DNA of 49,200 nt, taken from positions 1 through 49,200 of the forward strand of contig JBGGMJ010000181.1 in the NCBI GenBank assembly GCA_041288095.1. Reading direction: 5' to 3'. This document shows, piece by piece, positions 18,626 to 26,687 of this stretch. A program made the translations under genes and the position numbers. The notes beneath the pieces were generated by a model. That model was not told the DNA's origin. It did not search any database and worked only from the letters and a program-made list of their open reading frames with translations. Within the stretch, counting starts at the first letter, position 1. The number at the start of each line of letters is the position of its first letter. The DNA is from Myxococcota bacterium. GTDB lineage: Bacteria > Myxococcota > XYA12-FULL-58-9 > JALHOP01.

Positions 18626-19798
18626 ATGTCGAACGTCAGCTGCCCGCACTGCGGCACCGCCAATCAGAGAGACGCCGTCTACTGCGCACGCTGCCAGCGT
18701 CCGCTCGCCAAGAGCAGCGCCGCGCCCGCGGGGAACCTGCCCTCGGCATCACAGGTCGCCCAGCAAATCATGCAAAAGCGTCCACCCGTGCCCGCCACGG
18801 CGCAGCCGGCGCCGCTGCCGTCCGCCGCCCAGGTCGCCGCGACCCTCATGCAGCGTCGCGCCCAGGACAACACGGGCCCAGTCGAGCGCACGGTGGTCGA
18901 GCGCGCACCGCAACCGCCGGCGAAGCGCTCGGCGCCACCGCCCGCGCCGCCGCCGCAACCGCGTCCGCAAAAGCGGATGGAGCGGCCCGATGACCGGACC
19001 GTACAAGACGATATCAGCGACGAGCCCACCAAGGTCTTCCACGCGCCGAAGTCGATGCACGACGAGCCGACCCGCAACGCCCGTGCCGAGCCGCGCTTCG
19101 ATGCCGGGATAACCCAGCGCAATCCCGTCGTCGCCCCCGCGCCTCGACCGGCGGCCGCGCCCGCGCTACCGCAGCCCGCCCTGGCCCGCGCCGCCGTCCC
19201 GGCCGCCCGCGAGCCCGCCGCGCGCCCAATCGCCAAGCGTCCCAGCGGAACGGCGGATGATCGACGCAGCTCCGGCGCGCCGATGCTCCGAGACGGCGCG
19301 ATTCCGCCCCAGTATCCCGCGCCGCAGCCTCCCGAGAGAACGGCCACGAGCATCGAATACGCCGCCGGTTGGCGCCTGTTCCTCTCGCACGCCGTCGACT
19401 TCGCGCTGCTTTCGCTGTTCTTCGTGCTCATCGCGAAGCTCGACGCCGCCATCGCGGGCCCCAAGAACATCGAGACGAGCGGTGTGTTCGATTGGATCGG
19501 CAGTCACCCCGGGTCGACCCTGCGCGCCGCCATCCTCACGACGCTGGTGGGCACCGCGTACCACATCGTCACGGCGCAGCTATCCGGCCGCACCCTCGGG
19601 CGCTTCGTTGCCGGCACGACGCTAGCGCGCCGCTCCGGTAAGCCGCTCAACACCTTCGTGATCGTCGTTCGCGCCGTCGCGAGCTTCGTGTCGCTCCTGT
19701 TGTTTGGAGCCGGCTTCTTCTGGTCCATCGTCGACCGGCGGGGCCGTGGTCTCCACGATCTCGTCGCCGGAACCATGGTCGTCCGCTATCACGGATAG
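18626..19798 (+). CDS. RDD family membrane protein with N-terminal zinc ribbon and Pro/Ala-rich linker
   Basis: CPHCG...YCARC; AAGWRLFLSHAVD, GRTLGR, RGLHDLVAGT. Confidence 0.85.
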   Translation: MSNVSCPHCGTANQRDAVYCARCQRPLAKSSAAPAGNLPSASQVAQQIMQKRPPVPATAQPAPLPSAAQVAATLMQRRAQDNTGPVERTVVERAPQPPAKRSAPPPAPPPQPRPQKRMERPDDRTVQDDISDEPTKVFHAPKSMHDEPTRNARAEPRFDAGITQRNPVVAPAPRPAAAPALPQPALARAAVPAAREPAARPIAKRPSGTADDRRSSGAPMLRDGAIPPQYPAPQPPERTATSIEYAAGWRLFLSHAVDFALLSLFFVLIAKLDAAIAGPKNIETSGVFDWIGSHPGSTLRAAILTTLVGTAYHIVTAQLSGRTLGRFVAGTTLARRSGKPLNTFVIVVRAVASFVSLLLFGAGFFWSIVDRRGRGLHDLVAGTMVVRYHG

Positions 19799-19876
19799 CC
19801 TCGGGCTGCCGGTGGATTGCGCGGTCGTTGGCCCCGGCCTGACGCCGTAGCAGGTCCGCCCAGGGCGCCTTTCGAG

Positions 19877-19902
19877 AACAGTTCGAGCGCCGGTGCCGAG
19901 AA
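19877..19902 (+). promoter_or_regulatory. Weaker sigma28-like promoter candidate AAC-N15-GCCGAGAA
   Basis: 33 nt upstream of the 19936 ATG; -10 box has one mismatch to GCCGATAA. Confidence 0.4.
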
Positions 19903-19935
19903 GGAAACGGTACACGAACTGGCGAGACGACCATC

Positions 19936-21015
19936 ATGCAACCAACCGAGACATCCGGAAAACCAGCAGCGAAGGCGATCGTGCCCGGCGTGGGCATCAC
20001 GCCACAACAAGCCGCTCCCGCTCCCGCACGCACCGCCGACGTGCGCGCCTTGCTCGACAAGATGGTTCAGACCGGCGATCCCGAGCCGTTCAAGGCTTTT
20101 CTCAACGCCCACTCGGGCTCGTCGCACAGCGTCGGCGGGGCCGGCAGCAACGGCATCGATATTCCGTGGTCGACCGCCGAAACGATCCTGGCGCGGGCCG
20201 GCATCAGCGCCGCCGACAGTACGTTGCTACGACCAGTCTACGAGCGTGGTCTGCGCGCGCACTTCGACTCCAAGCTCGCCGAGGCGGGTCGGTACGCCGA
20301 GCGCTACGACATCGGCATGATGGAGCATGTGCTCGAAGAAGCGGCGCGTCACGCCGAGAACGCCGGCGCCGTGACCTCGATCGAGAACAAGATTCACGCA
20401 CTCAAGGTCGTTCACGCGCCCGCCATCTTCGACAAGGCGCGAGCAAGCGCCAAGGAAGCTGTCGCCAACCCAGAGGTCGCATACAAGCTGTCCAGCGCTC
20501 TCGGGTACATGACGACGTACGGTGCACTCGCGGGCATGACGGTCGCGCAGGTCGAGGCCGCCAAGGCGCCTTTCATGCAGTCGCTCGTCACGCAGTTCAA
20601 GTCGGAGGTCACTCGGTTTGCCAGCACGCCCACCCGCGGTTACTTCCGCAACGACATCAAGTCGCGACGGGATAGCCTGATCGAGCAAGCAAGGCGCGTC
20701 TGTGCGAACGACCCGAAGATGTTCGCCACCGCCAAGGCGCAGATCATCGAGGCATCGCGCGCCTGCGCTCGCGTCACGGCGTACGATTACTTGAAGGAAA
20801 CCGACGCGGTCGTCGCGGGGCAGAACTATATCCAAGCGAACATCTACGCCCGCATGGCCGGCCTGACGTCGTTTTTCGGCCTCGGCGACTCGGAGTTCAA
20901 GGCGGCTCGGCGTCAGTACATCAAGGACGTCGGCCCCAGCTTCGCGCTGAGCTACGCGAGCTGGAAGCTCATCAACGTGCTGAACTTTCCACGGTGGGTG
21001 TCGTTCTTTACGTAA
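19936..21015 (+). CDS. Hypothetical all-helical protein with disordered N-terminus
   Basis: 359-aa ORF filling the gap between flanking genes; no recognised family; N-terminal motif shared with the ORF at 1..152. Confidence 0.8.
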   Translation: MQPTETSGKPAAKAIVPGVGITPQQAAPAPARTADVRALLDKMVQTGDPEPFKAFLNAHSGSSHSVGGAGSNGIDIPWSTAETILARAGISAADSTLLRPVYERGLRAHFDSKLAEAGRYAERYDIGMMEHVLEEAARHAENAGAVTSIENKIHALKVVHAPAIFDKARASAKEAVANPEVAYKLSSALGYMTTYGALAGMTVAQVEAAKAPFMQSLVTQFKSEVTRFASTPTRGYFRNDIKSRRDSLIEQARRVCANDPKMFATAKAQIIEASRACARVTAYDYLKETDAVVAGQNYIQANIYARMAGLTSFFGLGDSEFKAARRQYIKDVGPSFALSYASWKLINVLNFPRWVSFFT

Positions 21016-21050
21016 CCACGGCTAGAAGCTTTGGTTGTCCGCTATAACCG

Positions 21051-22307
21051 CTAGTCGAGCGGCGGCGGGTCCGCTCGGAACTGCGCCTCGGTGACCGAGT
21101 AGTAGGAGATCGGCGTCCAGTTGGTGCCAAGCTTCACCCAGTTGCCCGCGCCCGCGGTCGGGTTGTTGGAGAAGTCCGGGAGGAACGGTGCACCGAGGTC
21201 GCGCCACCAGTCAGCACCGAGCTGGGCGACCATGTTGACGCTGCCGTCGGTCACGCGCATGTCGGCGCGCACGAAGCAACCGTCGACATCCGGCGACGTG
21301 GTGACACGCGACTGGGTCCACCAGTGCGACGTGTAGCCGAGCGGCGGCAATCCGATCTGCACCGTGCGATCGGCGAGATTGGTTTGAAGCCACGGCACGA
21401 GTGGCTTTGCCGTGAAGTCGGCCGCGAAGTTCGCTCCGGCGAGGTTCGCGGTCGCCTGACTCTGCGCGAGCACCCAGCCGCCGGTCCGGCGATGGAAGTA
21501 GACCTTGTAGCGCGCCACTTCGTAGCGGGCACTCGGGTTCACGACGTTGGGCGCGAATTTCTGCGGATAGACGACACCCCAACCAGTGAACGCCGTGAAG
21601 CCTTCCGGCGGCCCGTTGAAGACGCTGATCTTGCCCGCGTACCAATCCCACGATTCGGGGACACCGTAAGGGAAGTAGACGTTCTTGCTGCGCGTGTTCT
21701 GGTCGACCGCGAGCTGGAGATTACCGGGCTGCGGTTGTGGCTCAGGCTCAGGTTGCGGATCTGTTGTCGTTGAACAGCGGCTGATGGTGGTGCGATGCAC
21801 CAGGAGATTTCGCTGCTCATAGGCACTGTCGTAGTTGTTGGTGAACGCGACCGCGACCCTGTGCGCTCCAGCAGACACGTTGACGGTAAACACGTAGCTT
21901 GCCGGCGCCGTCGTAGTTACGAAAGTCGATCCAACACGCTGCTGGTCGACGCGCAACTCCATGTTGGGCCAGACGTTCAACGCTTTCATACCCTTGGCGC
22001 TGATCACGAACTGATAGGAGCCGGCAGCCGGAAAGGTCACGGTCTGCTCGATGTAGCCGTTGCCCCAGAGGTTCCAGCATTCGGCCCAGCAGCTGTTGCC
22101 GAAGGTCTTGGTCGGCATGTTCGCCGCGGGGAGGTTTGCGATCTGCGTGCAAGACGTCGCCGCCAACGGGTCGATGTCGTCAAGGCTCTCGATGCCGTCA
22201 TCGACGCCCGCGAGCTCACCGGGCTCGCCATCGACATCGCCGCCACAGCCCGCCATCGGCTCAGCCAAGAGCGCGGCGACAAGCAACCAACTTCGGTCCA
22301 TTCGCAT
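21051..22307 (-). CDS. Putative lipoprotein with carbohydrate-binding-module-like domain (CBM60-like) and Trp-rich C-terminal domain
   Basis: GGGAG RBS; lipobox-like MAGC; VAVAFTNN...RNLLV beta-sandwich signature; PQPEPEPQPQP linker. Confidence 0.7.
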   Translation of the reverse strand: MRMDRSWLLVAALLAEPMAGCGGDVDGEPGELAGVDDGIESLDDIDPLAATSCTQIANLPAANMPTKTFGNSCWAECWNLWGNGYIEQTVTFPAAGSYQFVISAKGMKALNVWPNMELRVDQQRVGSTFVTTTAPASYVFTVNVSAGAHRVAVAFTNNYDSAYEQRNLLVHRTTISRCSTTTDPQPEPEPQPQPGNLQLAVDQNTRSKNVYFPYGVPESWDWYAGKISVFNGPPEGFTAFTGWGVVYPQKFAPNVVNPSARYEVARYKVYFHRRTGGWVLAQSQATANLAGANFAADFTAKPLVPWLQTNLADRTVQIGLPPLGYTSHWWTQSRVTTSPDVDGCFVRADMRVTDGSVNMVAQLGADWWRDLGAPFLPDFSNNPTAGAGNWVKLGTNWTPISYYSVTEAQFRADPPPLD

Positions 22308-22452
22308 GTCTCTCTCCCTGTTCGTGAGCTTGATGGAGGCCCACAAAGCAATCGGCGAGCCGCGGCCTGATGCCTGAGGACGGCCTCGAATCGCCGTTTT
22401 GGCGTGGTCGCGTGTGGTCCCGCGACGTCAAGGTGTCGCAACGGTGCGACGG

Positions 22453-23583
22453 CTAGCGATCGAAAGTGCGCACGACGCGAAAGGCGTAGAGCACGCCTTC
22501 GACACTGGTTGCGTAGATCGTATCGCCGAGAACAGCGAGGTCGGTGATCACGCCGCTATCGGTCTCGCCCTGCCAGAAGCGCCCGCCATCCTCGCGGTTC
22601 AGGGCGTACAGTCGCCCGTCACCATAACCGCCGGCGACGAACACGAGGTTGCGAAAGCCGACGGGGCGCGCGCGTACCGGTCCTTCCACATCCGCGAGCC
22701 AGTAGAGCGCGCCGCTGTCGCCGTCGATGGCGTAGACGTGGCGGTCATCGCTGCCGGCGTAGACCACGCCATTCTCGACCAGCGGGGCGGCGCGGACCCG
22801 GTCATCGGTGGCGAGCTGCCAGATGAGCGCGTGTGTCGTGGTGTCGAGCGCGTGTACGCCACCGTCGTCGGCACCGGTGATGATGCGCCCGTTGGCCGCC
22901 ACCGGAGTGCTCGCCGCCGCCTCGGCGAGGCGCACGCTCCAGAGCGGCTGGCCGTCGGCTAGACGCACGGCGAAGAGCTCGCCCCTGATGTCGACGACAT
23001 AAGCCGCATGGTCGACGATGGTCACTTCGCCGGGACCAAGAGCATCGAGCACCGAGACCGACGCGGGCCCGACGAAGCCTCCGGGCTGATTGGGACCACT
23101 GAAGGCCCAGCGCGTCGCGCCGTCACCGAGCGACACGGCCACGAGCCGCCCGGTGACCGTTGCCACCACCGCGAGGTCATCACCGACCGCTGGAGCGGAC
23201 GCCACGCGGTCGCCGACGTCACGCTTCCAGAGCACGTTGCAACCGTTGTCGACGGTTGCGAGAGCGCTGCCGCTGGCAACCAGAAGCCTGTCGGCGCTGA
23301 GCAAGCGGGGCGTGAAGACGCGCCCCCCGAGATCGACACGGCAACGCCGTTGGCCCGCCGGGTCGAGCACGACCAGCGCGCTCTCGGTGCCGACGGCGAT
23401 GAAGCCCGCGGTCACCAGCGGCGAGCTCGGTCGCCCCTCGCCCAACGAAGTGGACCACTCGAGGGTCACCGGGGCCCGGCAGCCGGCGCAAAGTCCGAGG
23501 ATCAACCCGACCTTGGCGCCATGGCGCCCAAGGTGCGATATAATCGCCGCAGCGATGAGCCAGTACGTCGAGATCGAGAACAC
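22453..23583 (-). CDS. PQQ-like (BamB-type) beta-propeller repeat protein, probable lipoprotein; start uncertain
   Basis: Repeats such as YAGSDDRHVYAIDGDSGALYW and GRLYALNREDGGRFW; lipobox-like CAGC; the listed GTG start overlaps the divergent gene. Confidence 0.8.
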   Translation of the reverse strand: MFSISTYWLIAAAIISHLGRHGAKVGLILGLCAGCRAPVTLEWSTSLGEGRPSSPLVTAGFIAVGTESALVVLDPAGQRRCRVDLGGRVFTPRLLSADRLLVASGSALATVDNGCNVLWKRDVGDRVASAPAVGDDLAVVATVTGRLVAVSLGDGATRWAFSGPNQPGGFVGPASVSVLDALGPGEVTIVDHAAYVVDIRGELFAVRLADGQPLWSVRLAEAAASTPVAANGRIITGADDGGVHALDTTTHALIWQLATDDRVRAAPLVENGVVYAGSDDRHVYAIDGDSGALYWLADVEGPVRARPVGFRNLVFVAGGYGDGRLYALNREDGGRFWQGETDSGVITDLAVLGDTIYATSVEGVLYAFRVVRTFDR

Positions 23584-24064
23584 AGCCGCTCAATACCTCG
23601 AGTTCATGATCCATGGATTCATGAACGGTCTCATCACGTTGCAGGAGCTAGAAGGCATCAGCGACGAGGAGATGGAGACCATCTACGCGCTGGGCTACAA
23701 CTTCTTTACCTACGGTAAATACGACGCCGCCAAGGATATTTTCACCGGGCTCACGGCTTACGCCCCCTACACCGCTCACTACTGGCGGGCCCTCGGTGCC
23801 GTGAACCAGCAGCTCAAGGACTACATCGAAGCCATCGCCGCGTACGACATGGCCATCGCCAACGACGAAAACGACGTGGTGAGCTTCGTTTATCGCGGGG
23901 AGTCGCAAATCCTCTCGGGCAACGTCCCGGCGGGCCTCTCCGACCTCGAGCGCGTGCTGCAAATCGGCGCCCAGTTTCCGCAGTTCGCACCATGGGTTCA
24001 GCGTAGCGAGCTCCTCATCGGCTTGCACCGTGCAGGCCCAGGCGGAGCCGCGCAACCGGGGTGA
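23555..24064 (+). CDS. SycD/LcrH-family (class II) type III secretion chaperone, TPR
   Basis: TLQELEGISDEEMETIYALGYNFFTYGKYDAA...YWRALGAVNQQLKDY; 169 aa; TATAAT at 23539..23544. Confidence 0.85.
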   Translation: MSQYVEIENTAAQYLEFMIHGFMNGLITLQELEGISDEEMETIYALGYNFFTYGKYDAAKDIFTGLTAYAPYTAHYWRALGAVNQQLKDYIEAIAAYDMAIANDENDVVSFVYRGESQILSGNVPAGLSDLERVLQIGAQFPQFAPWVQRSELLIGLHRAGPGGAAQPG

Positions 24065-24140
24065 CGAGCGTCACTTCTGACCTCGGTCCGAGTTCCCAAA
24101 CGTAGACCCTCCCGCGACCAATGTCGTGGAGGTTACGTTC

Positions 24141-26573
24141 ATGAGTGTCCTTGCCCTCGCCCTGGCGTGCAGTCTCGCCGCGCCGCTCCAAGTCGCATCG
24201 CCCGTTTACACCGATCCCGGTGAAGTGCCGCAGCTACGCGTCGCCGCCGACAAGACGCCGTTGCCGCTCGAGCACACCGCCGTCAAAGCGGACATCACCG
24301 GCTTCGTCGCCCGCGTCGAGGTGAAACAAATCTACAGCAACCCCTCGAAGAATCCGCTCGAGGCCATCTACGTCTTTCCCCTCCCCGAAAACTCCGCTGT
24401 CGACGACATGCGCATCCGCATCGGTGATCGCGAGATCCGCGCCGAGATCAAAAAGCGCGATGAGGCGCGAGCCACCTACGAGACCGCGAAGCAGCAGGGC
24501 CACACCGCGGCGCTGCTCGAGCAGGAGCGGCCCAACATCTTCACGCAGTCGGTGGCCAACATCGCGCCCGGCACGAAGATCGAGGTCACGGTGAGCTACG
24601 TGCAGACGCTCACCTACGACGCCGGCACCTACGAGCTCGTCTTCCCGATGGTCGTCGGGCCCCGTTACAAGGGCAACACACCGGACATCGCGCGCATCTC
24701 GCCACCCTACTTCGGCGAAGGTGAGCGCAACGGCCACGACATCAGCATGGAAGTCACGGTGCATCCGGGCTTCCCGATCCTCGCTTACGACGTGCCGACG
24801 CACGAGACCGTCGCCGAGACCCTCGCCGACGGCGGCCTGCGCTTGAAGCTCGCGGCTCACGACAAGCTGCCGAACCGCGACTTCGTCTTGCACTACGAAG
24901 TAGCCGGCAAGCTGCCGCAGCTCGCCCTCCTCACCCACGGAAACGGCAAGGACGGCGAGTTCGCGCTCGTCCTTCAGCCCGCTAAAATGGACGTCGATCA
25001 GCTCGTCGGTAAGCGCGAGATCATCTTCGTCGTCGACGTCTCGGGCTCGATGCACGGTGTACCGCTCGCCATGTGCAAGGACGCGATGCGCGAAGCCCTA
25101 CGCAAGCTCCGCCCGGTCGACACCTTCAACGTGCTGGTGTTCGCGTCGCGCACGGGGCAGGCGTTCAGCGAGCCCATTCCCGCGAACGACACCAACGTCC
25201 TCGAGGGCCTGAAGTTCATCGACGGCCTCACCGCCGGCGGCGGCACCGAGATGGCGGACGCCGTCGACGCGGCGCTGCGCCCGAGCATCGAACGCGACCG
25301 TCACCGCTATGTGTTCTTCCTCACCGACGGTTACGTCGGCAACGAGCAGCAGATCCTCGACAAGGCAGCGAGCCTCGTCGCCAAGCAAAAAGAAACCAAG
25401 GCGCGCGCCCGCGTCTTCGGCTTCGGTGTCGGCTCGAGCGTCAATCGCTTCTTGCTCGACGGGTTGGGCAAGGCTGGCGAAGGCGCGACGGTCTACGCGA
25501 CGACGCGCGAAGATCCGACCCTCGCGGTCAACACCTTCTTCCGCCTCATCGACGCGCCAATCATGGAGAACCTGCGGATCGATTGGGGCAACGCCAAGGT
25601 CAGCGAGGTGTATCCGGCGCGCATTCCCGACCTCTTCGCGAGCCGTCCGACGATCATCCATGGTCGTTTCGAGGGCAAAGCCGACACGACCATCACCGTA
25701 CGTGGCGAGTCGCAAGGCCGCATGCTCGAGCTGACCGCTAAAGCAAACCTGTCGCCGGCGGCGGCGAACGACAACCTGGCGCTGGGCTCGTTGTGGGCGC
25801 GCTCGAAGGTCGAGGCGCTCGAGCGTGAGCTGTGGAGCGGCCATGACCAGAAGGTCGTCGACAAGATCACCGACGTGGGTCTCAGCCACCGGCTGGTAAC
25901 CGCCTACACCAGCTTCGTCGCCGTCGACACCGCCACGAAAGTGAACGGCAAGCTCCAGAGCGTCGTACAGCCGGTGCACGCTCCCGAAGGCGTCGACTTG
26001 TCGATGGCCGGCGGCGAATACGCCTCGAAGCGCAAGGCAGGGGTTCATAGTGGCCCGGCCGGCCGTGCGACCTACGGCTACGGCGGCGGTGGCGGCGGCA
26101 ATGGCTACGGTAGCGGCAGCGTCGGACTCTCGGGAATTGGTCGCGGCGCCACCATCGAGCGCAAGCCGTCGAAGGCGGACTTCCAGGTTGCCCCGTCGGT
26201 TCCATCGGCGGTGCGCAGCGAAGCCGAAGAGCTCGGTGACGTGGACAAGGTCGTCACCAAGACGCCGAAGCCCCCGAAGAACGAGCCCGTGCCGATGCCG
26301 GTCGTCGCCAGCGGCCTCGACCAAGCGGCGGTGGCTCGCGTCCTCGCAGCCGACAAGGCCAAGCTCGAGGCTGTGCTCGACAAGGCCGGGTTCAAGGGAA
26401 GCATCACCCTGCGCTGGTTCGTGACCGCCCAAGGCACGGCGATTCAAGTGAAGCTCGAGCGTGGCAAGCTCGACGCCGCGACGCTCAAGGAGCTCGCCGC
26501 GCTGATCACCGCCATGAAGTTCCCCGCGGCTGCGCAAAGCACCGCCCGTGTCGACTACACGTTGACTCGGTAG
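24141..26573 (+). CDS. Secreted VIT + von Willebrand A domain protein with TonB-C/AgmX-like C-terminus
   Basis: GGAGG RBS; signal peptide; LEAIYVFPLPENSAV, LLEQERPNIF; MIDAS DVSGS, FLTDG; Gly-rich linker. Confidence 0.9.
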   Translation: MSVLALALACSLAAPLQVASPVYTDPGEVPQLRVAADKTPLPLEHTAVKADITGFVARVEVKQIYSNPSKNPLEAIYVFPLPENSAVDDMRIRIGDREIRAEIKKRDEARATYETAKQQGHTAALLEQERPNIFTQSVANIAPGTKIEVTVSYVQTLTYDAGTYELVFPMVVGPRYKGNTPDIARISPPYFGEGERNGHDISMEVTVHPGFPILAYDVPTHETVAETLADGGLRLKLAAHDKLPNRDFVLHYEVAGKLPQLALLTHGNGKDGEFALVLQPAKMDVDQLVGKREIIFVVDVSGSMHGVPLAMCKDAMREALRKLRPVDTFNVLVFASRTGQAFSEPIPANDTNVLEGLKFIDGLTAGGGTEMADAVDAALRPSIERDRHRYVFFLTDGYVGNEQQILDKAASLVAKQKETKARARVFGFGVGSSVNRFLLDGLGKAGEGATVYATTREDPTLAVNTFFRLIDAPIMENLRIDWGNAKVSEVYPARIPDLFASRPTIIHGRFEGKADTTITVRGESQGRMLELTAKANLSPAAANDNLALGSLWARSKVEALERELWSGHDQKVVDKITDVGLSHRLVTAYTSFVAVDTATKVNGKLQSVVQPVHAPEGVDLSMAGGEYASKRKAGVHSGPAGRATYGYGGGGGGNGYGSGSVGLSGIGRGATIERKPSKADFQVAPSVPSAVRSEAEELGDVDKVVTKTPKPPKNEPVPMPVVASGLDQAAVARVLAADKAKLEAVLDKAGFKGSITLRWFVTAQGTAIQVKLERGKLDAATLKELAALITAMKFPAAAQSTARVDYTLTR

Positions 26574-26646
26574 TCCGCGAAAGCGACGAGCTCGGGATTA
26601 ACCAGTCACGCGGACCCGCGCGCGTCGCCGAAACGGCAGTGGAACG

Positions 26647-26687
26647 ACCGGGCAGCCTGATTCCCAGGCTGCCCGGTTTCATTTTTG
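26647..26687 (+). terminator. Intrinsic terminator between convergent genes
   Basis: Perfect 13-bp stem ACCGGGCAGCCTG-attcc-CAGGCTGCCCGGT followed by TTCATTTTT. Confidence 0.75.
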
